Assembly: GCA_964016885.1 (NCBI GenBank)
Contig: OZ024746.1
Location: forward strand, 30,132,001 to 30,196,000
Reading direction: 5' to 3'
Source of the DNA: Eledone cirrhosa
Taxonomy: Eukaryota
Length of the DNA stretch: 64,000 nucleotides
The notes under the pieces were generated by a model, which saw nothing but the letters and a program-made list of their open reading frames with translations, was not told where the DNA came from and made no database searches. A program made the translations under genes and the position numbers. This document shows positions 14,556 to 28,295 of this stretch, in pieces (positions within the stretch are counted from its first letter, which is position 1; every line of letters begins with the position of its first letter).

Positions 14556-16102
14556 TCTATATATAAAATATAACTACACCTTTAATCTTCTCTACAAAAT
14601 GCATACTTTATCCAAACACCATATAATATCATTTCTTAAATTATATGCATATATGTTCAAAAATTCTACATCTTTAAATTTAAATTTAATGTAATTCTAA
14701 GTTGAATATCTTTTACTTCTTAAATATATGTAATTTACTTCTTAAATCTTTACTTTTTAATATTTTTACTTCTTAAATATCTTTATTTTTTTTCTTTATT
14801 TATCTTACTTCCAAAATATCTCAAATCTTTTTAGAAAAATTACTTAAAATTTTATTTTTAAATTACTTATTTCCAAAAAAAAACTATTTTTTGGGTCACC
14901 TTAATATTTTTAATATATTTTTTTAGTATTTTTCTAATATTTTTTAATATTTTGAAATATTTTAAAGTATTTTAAAATATTTCTTAATATTTCTTTATAT
15001 TTTTTAATAATTTTAGGTTTTTAATTATATTTCCTGAATAATTTTAGGTTTTTAATTAATTTTAAACACTTTTTAAATGTTTTTAAAAGGTTTTTGAGTA
15101 TCTTCGGAGTCTTTTTGATTTTGAGATCTTTTAAAAATCTCTTGGAAAGTTTTTCCAGGAATTCTCAAGAATTTTATAGTCTTAATTTTTAAATGGTTTT
15201 AGTATTTTTTTATACTTTTAATTAATTTTTTAATTTTTTGTAATTTTTTGTAATTATTTAATATTAGAGTTATAACCAATAACTAACTCTGGCTAAATAT
15301 ATCTTTAAACATATCTTTGTCAAAATTATCTCATAATAACTAATAAATAAACAAAAATGGGATTTTCAATATTTTTCCAATGTAAAACATTAAAACATAT
15401 AATTAATCTTATTGACTCAGTTAATTTAATTTAATTTAATTTAAATACTTACACTAAATATAAACTAGTATCCCTCATAATTTATCATCTATCCACTCAT
15501 ATATCTATCCTTATATCTATCCTTATATCTATCCTTATATCTATCCTTATATCTACATTTTATCCTATACTTGTACTTCATATTTATTTAAATCTATTTT
15601 TAATATATTTTAATATATTTTGATATATTTTAATATATCTTAATATATTTTAATATATCTTTATTTTTAATATATCTTTATTTTTCTATATATTTAATTT
15701 TCTATATACTTATAATAGTAAATAAATATTTATTATAATAGAATTCTAACAATTATTATAAATATACGTAACATAAATATGTAACATAAATATAAGACTT
15801 ATTTACGTTATATGAACTCATCCTCGGATAAGCTTCTTTCTTCGCTCTTTCTTTACTTTATTTCTTCACTCTACTTCAACATATACTAATATTTTCTTTT
15901 CTTTTCTTTTCTCTCTCTTCTTTTTTCTCTCTTCTTCCCACGGAAATAAACGGTTGTTTTTTTTCAATTTTTCGGATATTCATTTGCATATTCACACAGA
16001 ACTTTGAATTACCCTCAATAAATGTTTTCACTATCCAGCGAATTTTCAACCGTCAAGGTTGTTTTCCACGGTTATGTCACTATTTATGAAACAAATTTTG
16101 TA

Positions 16103-16165
16103 TTTTATTTTATCAAAGCGCAACAAGACTGCCTTGGTTGCCCTTGAAATATATATATAATAATT
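16103..16165 (+). ncRNA. Decayed hammerhead at the PLE 3' end
   Basis: ttttat tttatca(for CTGATGA) aagcgcaac..gttgccctt GAAA tatatata TA ataatt. Confidence 0.45.
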
Positions 16166-16200
16166 ATGGTTTTATAAATATAGTTTCCATTTATTAATAT

Positions 16201-16253
<53 letters not shown>

Positions 16254-16255
16254 AC

Positions 16256-16792
16256 ATATTTATTAAAATAACAGATTAAAGTTTAACCAAAGAATCGCTG
16301 CTTTCACCCTTAACGGGATCTTCTGAAACTAACAAAGTCAATCTGTAAACGCAGAAGTGGATATTTCAAAAAACGTTGCAACCAGAGGAAGACAGGAAGA
16401 CGATACTTTGGTTCGTGGAAACGTTCCCTGGCAAAGAACGGGAAAAAACGAATATAATACGTCATTAATAGGAGCGGTGAAAAACAATTACACGCAAAGA
16501 CAGAACCACGTTTATGGTATAAAAGAAGTCGTAGACTAATGTTCTCTTAGGTGGTTCATAGAGACGTTCTCTGGCAATGAACGGAAAAACGTTTTTTGAA
16601 ATATCCGCTTCTGCGTTTACAGATTGACTTTGTTAGTTTCAGAAGATCCCGTTAAGGGTGAAAGCAGCGATTATTTGCTTAAACTTTAATCTGTTATTTT
16701 AATAAATATTTGCTCTACGGTTCTTATATATTTGATATATATTTATCCTTATCGAACCCTCTTTGGATTTTAGTCTTCAAATTTATTATTAT

Positions 16793-16797
<5 letters not shown>
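16256..16797. mobile_element. Non-coding HHR cassette with inverted 5' duplication (arms ~16256-16377 / 16588-16709)
   Basis: Reverse-complement arms bounded by microsatellites. Fragments recur at 29285-29355 and 60023-60140. Confidence 0.8.
16635..16685 (+). ncRNA. Type I hammerhead-like motif with CAGAAGA core (copies 16280-16330 and 29305-29355 on the minus strand)
   Basis: agttt CAGAAGA t ccc gttaa ggg t GAAA gcag..ttgc TT aaact. Distal stem I acagattga/ttaatctgt. Confidence 0.68.
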
Positions 16798-16869
<72 letters not shown>

Positions 16870-16948
16870 TTGAAGCTGGTGGTTCACCACTGGATAGAAC
16901 TTTTCATTCTTGTGTAGATTTATTCAATAATATATGTGTGTGGAGGGG

Positions 16949-17087
<139 letters not shown>

Positions 17088-18716
17088 GTATTCATAATGG
17101 AATATTTCATTATGTTGGTATGGTGTGAAAAGCTCAATGAACGTTTGCAATAAGTAGGGATTCAAAACAATCGAAAGAGTCTTCCAAAGATTAAAAACTT
17201 TGTTCTTAAATACAGTGAGCGCAACGGAGCCTACATGTTTAAGATGAAGAAAACCAATGTTTTAAAATCAAAATCATCCTTAACCTCTACAATCGTTTCT
17301 GTAGAGGAGAAACATTCGTTCATATAGTATATACTGTAAAATCACTTGTAAGTCACCAGGAGTACTGAGAATGATTAATTCAACACAACAGGTATGAAGA
17401 AAATTAGGAAATTATGAATATAGGCAAGAAATGAGAGAAAATAGATGAAACAGATGCAAGAGAGAGTAGCAATTACAGTGAAGTAGTATTTTTTAGGCTT
17501 ATGAGGCAATAAACGGTGAGTTTTTTCGTGCAAGCGCTGGATAAACAATGGTACAATAGTAATATGTTGTAACATACGGTGAGAGAAACAGACAGTTTAA
17601 AACCTGTAATATTAATAAAATAGCTTTTGTATTAATAGATGTTCATTATTGTTTTCAAATCATGTTACTCGGTTGTAACAAAATGTCAGAAGCATAGGCA
17701 AAATTATCTAACAGCGTGCACAATTAAAATGGCGAGCGAAAAATTCAAAACTAAAAAGATATTACGCCTTCGAGGCGGTGTATTTAAGCGTAAAACAAAC
17801 GGTTTAATTTGTGTCTGATGTTACAGTGTGATTAAGTATAAAATACTTTACTTCATGATCAAGAACCTCGTGTAATAGACGGTGTTCCTTTAGGAAGTGA
17901 CTGGTTGAACTCGTACTCTGAATGACTACAAATGAATTTTCACATAGATAGAGGATAAATATTACACTTACATTTATGAATACTGGGTTCACAGTGTAGT
18001 CAAAATAATTACATCAAAATATATCAACCGTAATTCATTATTGTATCTAAATATGTATACATTTAAAGGTGAAGAAGTTTAAAGGACTAATAGGTATATA
18101 CAACAATTATAGGTTGAGTATGCTAGAAAGGAAAAAAGGTAGATTGTTTAAAAAGTGTAAATAACTAGCAACACGTTTATCACACTCGTATTGTGATAAC
18201 TATAGAAACGTAATTTGATTATTATTCAATTGCGGTTTACCTATTAAATGTTTAGTTAAATTATTATCTTTATATATACATATATATTATATAGATAAAC
18301 ACACACACACACACGCGCACGCACACACACACACATATATGTTTATATATATATATGTATCTATATATATATACATACTTACACACACACATACACACAC
18401 TGTATATATATATATAAATATACACGGGTGTGTATAATTGTGTATAGAAGATTATATTAATAAAAGGAATTCCAACTTTGTCTGATTTACTCGTTTTATT
18501 TACAATCCTTTAAAATTATAATGATATTATAATGAAATAGCATGGTAGAATATTAAATCTTAAATGTTAATTGAACAAGTACTTTCATGCTTACGCAATC
18601 TTCAGGTTCATATTCAGTGGTGACAGTCAAGTTTGCAATTTTCGAAAATTGTAAATAAAACGAGTAAATCAGACACAGTTGGAATACCTTTTATTAATAT
18701 ATATATATATATATAT

Positions 18717-18825
<109 letters not shown>

Positions 18826-19129
18826 TCAGAGAAAACATATATATTTAAACATAAGCATAGATACATATGTGATTGTAGCCCACTTTCAACGATGTGAATC
18901 AATGAATGAATTAAGTAAATAATCATTAATCAGAGCTATATAAAATTATAAGTTTAAAGGACATGCAGATAAAATTAACCTAATATTTCTTCTTAGTCCG
19001 GAAAAATTAACTAAACAAATAATCAATTAAACGGAGCTAAGTTTAAATAAATAATAGATAAATATTTACCGTTATTCCTAAGTATATTTTATTTGTATGT
19101 TCTTCAAACCTATATATATATATATATAT

Positions 19130-19215
<86 letters not shown>

Positions 19216-19218
19216 TGG

Positions 19219-19314
19219 ACCCCGACGGCTGAGCTCCGGCCGTTTCGACATGTAGATCCGAACTAAGCCACCATTATTAGAACGTCGGGAATCTAGCTAA
19301 ACTTATCAAGGGGT
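19219..19314 (-). ncRNA. Type I hammerhead with U3-A8 core and long stem II
   Basis: Minus strand: acccc TTGATAA g...c GAAA cggc cggagctca gccg TC ggggt. Confidence 0.72.
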
Positions 19315-19385
19315 ACAGTCCGTTATGGTCCACCTGGTATCTTACTACACCGTCTTAGTTATTATATATACATATATATATATAT

Positions 19386-20177
19386 ATTATGAAGAGAGAA
19401 GAAACATTTAGATATAATTAGTAATAAAATGTATCATACCTAAACTGCTCCTAGATTCCTCGACTACGTAGTTTCGTGGCATAAACAAAAACAATACATC
19501 ATAAAGATATAGAGTCCTTGCGAGGTCTGCCGACTTATCAAGAGGATACCTCATTTTACTAGCCTCAAGAACGCGTCTACACGACGTGAGAAAGAATCCC
19601 AAAAGGCGGAGGGGGAGATAGTCACGCGATATAACGGTCGAGAAACAGAGCTAAGCCTCTTATAACCCCGAAGAAAATACCACGGAGGCGGAGGGCGTAT
19701 TCATATCGAAGCCGTAGAAGAGGTGGTGAAGGAGACGAGAAGTATGAGTAATGTCAGCTTTCCAGCAGTCACCACACTTCAAAGATTACTCAACCAGAGG
19801 GAGTTATTAACAATATATTTAGAAACACACAGATACATGCGGACACACACATATACATGAATGCATCCACACCCAACCGTGAGTTAAGGGTGCCAACCTC
19901 ACCGATGTTGCTCAATGAATGACTGGGACAGACCAATCCGGTTGAACTAGACTGAACCAGTATCAGAGTTAAAAATACATTATGAAGAGAGAAGAAACAT
20001 TTAGATATAATTAGTAATAAAATGTATCATACCTAAACTGCTCCTAGATTCCTCGACTACGTAGTTTCGTGGCATAAACAAAAACAATACATCATAAAGA
20101 TATAGAGTCCTTGCGAGGTCTGCCGACTTATGAAGAGGATACCTCATTTTACTAGCCTCAAGAACGCGTCTACACGA
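19386..20177 (-). mobile_element. Retrozyme-like / non-autonomous PLE: 199-bp direct repeats (19386-19584, 19979-20177), period 593
   Basis: Near-identical direct repeats, each with an HHR. Non-coding interior. (TA)n flanks. Confidence 0.82.
19457..19546 (-). ncRNA. Type I hammerhead with U3-A8 core and palindromic stem III (second copy 20050-20139 has G5C)
   Basis: tcctc TTGATAA gtcggca...tgccac GAAA ctacgtag TC gagga. Confidence 0.8.
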
Positions 20178-20389
20178 TGTATATATATATGCACTCGTTT
20201 TACGTTTGTTTTGTTGAGGCAAATAACTATGTCTATATTCTGGTAATATATCTTACATTGCCCATTGCGTGCGCTGAGATACAACCGCTACTGGCATTGA
20301 TAAATATGCAGGCTCCGTCAACCCTTATTATATATATATATATATACGATATTAAACAAATGGAAACTATATTTATAAAACCATATCTA

Positions 20390-20451
20390 TTTCATTATAC
20401 ATATTCCAGGGATACCATATTAAAAATATGGCATACCTTCTTCAGATAAAA
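20390..20451 (-). ncRNA. Hammerhead-like motif of the PLE 3' repeat family (GAAA changed to GGAA)
   Basis: ttttat CTGAAGA aggtatgccatatt..aatatggtatccct GGAA tatgta TA atgaaa. Confidence 0.5.
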
Positions 20452-23407
20452 TACAATATATAAGCAGTTTTATAAATAAATTTGACGTACCATAAATATT
20501 GATCAACTTTCATTTGAGAAGTTGGTTTGCCACATAGAAGGGTCGAAACCGGAACCTAATGATTGCGAAGCGTAATTGGTATCTATTCTACCATTTTAAT
20601 TCCACGTATGAAATGAAATGAACCGGTAATTGGCATTCTATAAACCTCTAACCAACTTTATGCACAAACTACGCTTAAAAATATATGTATATTCACTATC
20701 TTAGAATCCAAATTTCTGCCGATTTTGCCACCCACCTCTCTTCAAAATAAACAATATAATTCAATCTAATTGCCATTCTAGAATCAAATATCGATTCATC
20801 TTTAGAGAATATGATTTATGGTAATCGGTTCTCATTCGATTTAATTATAGCCGAAATAATTTTGCATGATTTGCGGGTGGAATAATTAGCTGTGGAATGT
20901 AAATAGTTAATTAATAATTACATTTTAAAAAGTGTAAAATATTTTTGCACATCGAATATTTATACAAATTCGTTGTTTTCTAGCTGTAGATTGTGGTTAA
21001 GTGGCATAACAAGGAGAGCATTCGGACTAATTGCTCGAGGGCATATATTTACGACCCTTTATGTTCAAAATCCCCTCTTGGTCTACTTCAATTTAATTCC
21101 TCAGTGGTTGACAGCAGCAATAGAAGCTATGCTTAATGTTTGATTCAATCGATACCTATTCCCATGCAAGCTTCGAAAGACACGTGCTCCTAATACAAGA
21201 TATTATTGTGTAACATGATATATGATATAATAACATTAAATGTAATGGTGGAAGGGCGGGAAATTCACTATTTAGTTAATATTAATATTCAACAAAGATA
21301 GTAGAGAATCATCACAATCACTAGAGCTTCGGGTTAAACACTTTGCGACATTCGTTCCATCTCTCTGAACTCAGTACCATAGTATCAGATCATTAATTAG
21401 AGTGGATAAGGTTACTCTGATGCCTCGCATGGAATCAGTGATCCAAATATACACGAACATCGGTTAATATTATAAGCCACTAAATCAAAGTTGCTACTGA
21501 AGTCCCTAATTTCAATGCTGGTGTGTATACATCAACATATAAATAGACATGATGTGTCACCAAAACTAGATATGATGTTAAAAAACTGGTTGTATATTTG
21601 GAATTGTTGCTTCAAATATACTCAAGAATTGATTTGTTCTGTGGTTGCAGAATGTATGTTGGTCAGTGTAATTAATCCATAAGTTAGATACACTACCGAA
21701 AATAGAAATATAGTTTAGCAATACAAAGAGGATTGCCAAATCAAAAGTCAATTCTCAAATTCTTAAATTTCCCTACTCTTAGTAATCATAGACCTTTATT
21801 TTATGGTGGTGTTTTAAGGAATCTTAGGTGATATGCGGTGAGTTTAGGGCCTTTAAACTCGACACAGTCTATCTTTTTAAGTCTGAAAAGTGTAGATTTC
21901 ATTTAGAGATGGTGGTTGTATACATAGAAATAATCGACCTGAGTACTAAAATGGCACTTTATCTATGGTCCTCAAAAGGATGAAAGTCAGTTGACAGCAG
22001 TGAGATTTGAACTGAGAACGTGAATTCCCGCAGAAAATACAACAAAATATTCTGTCCTTTGTTCTAATGACACTGGCAATTTACCGCCTATCCTATCATG
22101 TTACAGAGAAGAAAGATTATCCCCTGACTTGGAATGGTTCTTTCAAAATATAACACAGACACACACGTTAACACACACGCGCGCACACACATAAATTCAT
22201 ACATACATACAAGCATACATGCATATATACATGCATACATACGTATATGCATGCATAAATACACACATATATATATATGTGTGTGTGTGTGTGTATCTAT
22301 GCATGCATATACGTATGTATGCATGTGTATATGTATATATACACATGAGAGAGAGAGAGCGCGTGGTTACTGCATTTTCTGTCTACTAATTCCACCGCAA
22401 GGCATTATTCAACCCTAGAATATAGTTTAATGGAGCCTTACCCAAGACCCACATAGTTGCAAAGTGAACACCTTAGTCACAATCCCATGACTGCTTCAAT
22501 GGAGATTAATATTAGATATTCTTCAGAAACGACTTCTTGTTTTTCTGTAGTTGTTGATATTGTTATTATTGTTTCGGTTGGTGCTATGTTGCCCTTGTTG
22601 TTGTTGCTGTTGCTGTTGTTGTTGTTGTTGTTTTTTGTTGCTGTTAAAGCTGTATGATTCCAGACATCTTCAGAATGTTGCAGACAATAATGTCAGAATC
22701 GGTGAAAAAGAAAACGAAATGACATTTCAGAATTAATAGTTTCACGAAAAAAAATTATTAGTAAAAAATTGAAATGTAGACAGGTTATTGTTTATTTTTT
22801 AATTTATTTTAATACAAGAACTCATGCAAAGAATGTCTTCTGTGCTATGATTTACACAACTTTCGTATTATAAATATACAAAAAAGAACTTATTTAAACA
22901 GGTTTAACGAATTTGATTTAAACGTAAGCTGCTACAACGCAGGTTTAACAGAAATGGGAGGTTGAGAACAGAGTCAACGGTAATGGTAAAACAGCAAGGA
23001 GGCATACGGCAGATGTGAGTTCATTTCTTGCAGAAGAATCTGCCCACATTTTTGCCTTTGCTATGTGGATGTATATGGCCGACCTGTTCGACTATTTCAC
23101 ATTGAAACCTACGTTATAGCAGCTTATTATAAGCTAAGTTACTTTCAAATGTGCTCAATGCTCAAGTTATTTAAGTGAGTAACTTGCTGCCCGTCATTTG
23201 GTGGGTTGTGCACCATGTTTAAAGCGGCTGTATGTTGCAGAGTGTAGATGTAGTGAAAGTTGCTGATGTCAGATTTGCAGTTTGTGTAGAAACTTTATTT
23301 GCTGCATATCTAACTTCAATTTCTTTCACTATATATATATGTGTGTGTGTATGTGTGTGTTTGTGTGTGTGTGTGTAAGTGTGTGTGTGTGTATGTATGT
23401 GTGTGTG

Positions 23408-23479
<72 letters not shown>

Positions 23480-23699
23480 TGTGTGTGTGTGAATAGAAGT
23501 AGTTCCGCAACAGTTAATACACCATTTCCGAGAACAATTTGTTTCACCTCAAACGGATCATCAGCTCGGTTTAAATGAGATAACCATTATATATATATAT
23601 ATAGTGACTATTACACCATGGTTAACTAAATGGAATGGGCAGATCTATCCATTGGTGAACCACAAAACATAAATAAGTAAATTAATATATATGATGAAA

Positions 23700-23835
23700 G
23701 GATTCTATGATGATTTCCTTCAAATGAAACAGTTCTAGTTTGTAGAAGCCATTTCTATATTAAATTTGTTGTATACATTTTACTAACGTATTGAGTACCT
23801 TACTTACTGTGGTTACCCCCTAATTTTAACCCGGA
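23700..23835 (+). mobile_element. Diverged copy of the 53.9-54.1 kb HHR cassette
   Basis: atgatgatttc..atgaaacagttctag..tgtagaa plus the shared tail gtattgagtaccttacttactgtggttacc. Confidence 0.7.
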
Positions 23836-23876
23836 GCTCACACACACACACATACACACACACGCACACATACATA

Positions 23877-23954
<78 letters not shown>

Positions 23955-23961
<7 letters not shown>

Positions 23962-24629
23962 CAGCGAGAATCGGCGTTCGGCTGGTAGAAAAAGCGAAAC
24001 GAAACGCAAAATAGTAGAAATGCTGGCAAGCGCTCCAATAGTTAACAAAACTAGAGCTAAACATATGTTAAAACGCCATACAAACTGAAAAAGTGGTTAA
24101 GAAGGCATTAACCACCTAGGCCAAAAAACAAATGAAGCTAAACAGGTCAAACAAAATAAATGATAAAAACAGACCTGGACCCAAATGGAATTGATGGTAA
24201 AATCCAAATGCAGGGTTTCTATGACACCTAAATCAATAATACTGTCTCCTTAAAACTATAAGCTTTCAGCATAAAGATCGAACAAGGAATATCACGTTAT
24301 CAACAGGTAATTTTGCTCTGTAACCAACTTTGCGAGTGACGCAGAACTTTTTAAAAGCTCGTGCGTAAGTCACAGGGGAAATTCCCCAGATTTTGGCAAA
24401 TGAATTCAGTATGTGTATATCATACAAAAAATTGCATAGATAGCACAACTCGAATAAGCACTCAACCGGGTAGTTTTTAAAATAAACTTATGCAATTAAT
24501 CTGTCAATAGAATTATTAACAGATTAATTGTAAGGCTCGGGAGATTAATGCAAATATAATTCAGCGAGAATCGTATTTCGGCTGGTAGAAAAAGCGAAAC
24601 GAAACGCAAAATCGTAGAAATGCTGGCAT
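23955..24629. mobile_element. Non-coding cassette with ~74-bp direct terminal repeats (period ~601) in (TA)n
   Basis: tataattcagcgagaatcg..gctggtagaaaaagcgaaacgaaacgcaaaat.gtagaaatgctggca at 23955 and 24556. Confidence 0.7.
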
Positions 24630-24976
24630 ATATATATACATGTAATACGTGATAATGTCACCTGTGTGATATAGTTAGGTGAAAGGTTGACAGCAATATT
24701 AATTAATTGAGTTCAATCCAAAGGTAATTAGAAAAATATTCACTAAAGTTAGTGTTTGAAATGTAACAAGAATCAAGAAAGATAACCCGAATAATCGCAG
24801 TCGAATGGGATTTTTAGAGTATAGAGACAAAGCAGCTGTGAGTTGGCGAAAGTGAGTCATTGATACGCAATAGAAAAAGAAGAATAACGAACAGACAAAT
24901 TGATACATTATCTAAAACAAATTGATCTTTTCAAGCATGAAACTAGTTGGTAGCCAATACAATGTCGTGTCATATC

Positions 24977-25160
24977 TGGCAGTATCGGTAGAGGGTCTGA
25001 CGCCATGCTTTGCAGCAAAGAGTTACGGCCCTTTATGGTCTGAATTCAAATCCCGCCGAGGTTAACGTTGCCTTTCATCCTTACGGGGTCGATAAAATAA
25101 AGTACCAGTAATGCACTTGGATAATTGCTGGCCTTGTGCCAAAAGTAGAAACAATTATTA
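24977..25160 (+). mobile_element. SINE family A
   Basis: Near-identical to the 5396-5569 and 39159-39346 copies. Confidence 0.9.
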
Positions 25161-25646
25161 TGTAAAAATATATTTTTGATATAGAGCTCCTCGCCACATG
25201 TTTATTATTAGATCATTCGCACACACGCACACATTGTTGTTCACTTTCTCACAGTTAAACATATACACTCTCAGTCTCACTCTTTCATACACACATGCAC
25301 ACTCTCGCCCACACACACACACACACTTTCTCTTTCTCTCTTACACACTCGCTCTCAAAATTCTTGTTTGAAATAGTTTTAGTAATAATTCTAAGTTACT
25401 TTTTAATATCGGACATTTTTCGTTTAATATATATGTATTGATTAGCTTTGCTATATTGTTAGGTCAATTAACTACCTTCCAGTCTAAAGGAAGAGTTAAG
25501 GAATATCTCATATTTCTTGCTATTCTTACCATATTCCTGCTTCTATTAGTTATTCCAACAGCGTGAAATTAACTCCCAGAATCTGTCCACTTCATTTCCA
25601 CTTCAGGTCATTCCGATTACTATTACTATTATCATCATTGTTATTA

Positions 25647-25703
<57 letters not shown>

Positions 25704-25778
25704 GTAGTAGTAGTAGTAGTAGTATTGTTGTTGTTATCGCTTGCTACAACTACTATTACTAAAATTATCATTATTACA

Positions 25779-25810
<32 letters not shown>

Positions 25811-27694
25811 CAATATTATTTTTATTTAACCAGATCACCATTGATGCAGTTATCAGTTAGCTAGCAGAATTATTTCCGTTATTGCATTCTTTCTTGCTTT
25901 CTTGGCTGTATTTTTTGTGTTTCCTTTTTGTCGTTGATTTTCTCTATCTTCTTCGATCATGGACGATGTTGACGGTAACTTTACTGTCCAAAAAAGAAAT
26001 CCTAGTAATTAGAAAACTAATTAGATGGCAGATTATAAAAGACTAAGAGAAATTTTTAAAAAAACAAACAAGAAGTTTAATAATACAATATATGAAGAAA
26101 GAAACCAGGTGAATGGATAAAAGTAGAGATTCTTTGAGAGTTTATGGTTGAGATATATCATAGAGAAGGGAAGGGTGGGGAAATGGAAGGGCAGGAAAGA
26201 AGGAAATATAGAAAAGAAGGAAAGAAAGCAAAAGGAAAGGAAGATGAATGAAGAGGGAAAATATAAAAGGAAAGGAGAACAGAAAGAAATGGTAAAAGAG
26301 AAGAGAATGGTTAAAGAGAGAAAGAAAGTGAGGAGAGTAGAGAAAGTAGGCAATGTCTAAAGAAAGATATTTCCTTACCTCTTTTCGACGACGATGAAGT
26401 AACAGTCTAGTACTGGAGTCCATTATTTATGTCTCTCTCCCACTCCCCATCCGTTTTCTCTCACCTAGCCTTTCTTTAAACAGAATCGGCTGTGTTCATA
26501 TCTGTAGAGGGATATATTCTGCGAGGATTAAGGACTCCGTCCGGCATTTCAGTAAAATCCAATGAATTGATTAGAGTTTTGGTTACATATATAGATATAC
26601 ATACATTATGATCATTATATATATGTCTACTAACTAAATACTATAACAACGCAAGTAGCTGCAATATACTAATCAAGGGTGACTATTCAACTCCATAATG
26701 TGTCTCTCCTTTTCCAAATCTTGAAACATTACTTATCAGTAATACACAAAGGACAATGTGTAGTAGCAGTGGTGGTGGTCGTGGTGGTTGCAGCGTGACT
26801 AAAAATCTGCAATCGGCGAGATACGAATTGGTCATTAAATACTAACGTACATGGAGATAAATAGAAATTAGGGATAGAGAAAAGAATAAATGATACACGA
26901 GAGAGAGAGAGAGAGTATAAATACACGAGAGAGAGAGAGTATAAATACACGAGAGAGATGAGCGAGAGAGAAAATTTAAAAAGAGAGAGAGGTGAGAGGG
27001 AGTTAGATATCTTGGGTGACGAGAACAATATAGCAATGCAAGTTAGTTAGTGACAATGCACACAAAGAAGTATGTGAAAGCATGTGACTTAGTGGTTAGG
27101 GTGTTCGGCTCAAGATTGTAATGAGTTTGATTTTTATTCTCTTCTATTCACATTGCTCCAGTTCCTCACTTAGCAAAAAATAAAAAAAGAGTTGTGTCTA
27201 TCAAGGAAAGAGCGACCTTCGTCACAGTACCACGCAGAATCTCAAAGATTTGAGTTAAGACCACACGTGTCTGTGGAATTCCCAGCTTCGTGTACGTTAA
27301 ATTTCACAAACAGGCTGTTCCACTGATCGAACAATCAAAACAATCATCGTCGAAACGGATGGAGATCCGTGAGAATGTGGTTGACAATGTTATACTTAGA
27401 AAGAGGTGAAATGTTCTGCAGTGGATTATTTCAGTTGTCAATAATAGAAATAAGAAAATGGCGTACTGGCTATATATTAAACAGCATTGCACTCTTCTGT
27501 AATACTTTAATGGTTATTACTGAACTCGGATGTATTTTACTGTAATGTATTATATTTTATTCTACTGTACTGTATACTATTGTATGAAACTGTATTATTA
27601 TATTGAATATTATATTATATTATATTATATTATATTATATTATATTATGTTATATTATATTATATTATATTGTACTATATTATATCATATTATA

Positions 27695-27863
27695 TAGAGG
27701 GTCGGACGCCATGCTTCGACGTATAGAGTTACGGCCCTTGTCATTCTGAGTTCAAATCCCGCCGAGGTTAACTTTGCCTTTCATCCTTACGGGGTCAATA
27801 AAATAAAGTACCAGTAATACACCGGGATAATTGCTGGCCTTGTGCCAAAAGTAGAAACAATTA
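27695..27863 (+). mobile_element. SINE family A (5'-truncated)
   Basis: B box, core and tail conserved. Confidence 0.9.
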
Positions 27864-27948
27864 TATTATATTGTACTATATATACTATATTATACTGTAC
27901 TATACTGTACTATACAGTACTATACTATATTATACTGTACTATACTGT

Positions 27949-28294
27949 GAAGGCGCATGGCCTGGTGGTTAGAGCATTGGACTTGCAATCGGAAGGTTGT
28001 GAGTTCGATTCTCGGACCGGATGATGCGTTGTGTCCTTGAGCAAGTCACTTTATTTCATGTTGCTCCAGTTTACTCAACTGTAGAAATGAGTTGCGACGT
28101 CACTGGTGCCAAGCTGTATCGGTCATTGCCTTTCCCTTGGACATCATCGGTGGCATGGAGAGGGGAGACTGGTATGCATTGGTGACTGCTGGTCTTCCAC
28201 AAACAACCTTGCCTTGACTTGTGCCTCGGAGGAAAATTTTCTAGGTGCAAATCCTATGGTCATTCGTGACCGAAGGGGGTCTTTACCCTTTTTT
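27949..28294 (+). mobile_element. tRNA-derived SINE, family B
   Basis: tggcctggtggttag A box, gagttcgattctc B box, gtgtccttgagcaagtcacttt central domain. Older relatives near 27080-27370 and 54580-54830. Confidence 0.85.
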
Positions 28295-28295
28295 T

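Larger units (their letters stand above)
13841..16207 (+). mobile_element. 5'-truncated Penelope-like retroelement (probably Naiad-like) inserted in (TA)n
   Basis: Frameshifted post-RT region RNRTRNIIWY..FSLSIKT..LEKCFPKAHRY..IKLSYSTTMN, then the GIY-YIG ORF, a long T-rich 3' region and a decayed HHR at the 3' end. (TA)n on both sides. Confidence 0.85.

Noticed and set aside
27949-28025. tRNA gene
   Set aside because: A and B boxes are the head of a SINE. The sequence continues into a SINE body and has no clean cloverleaf.
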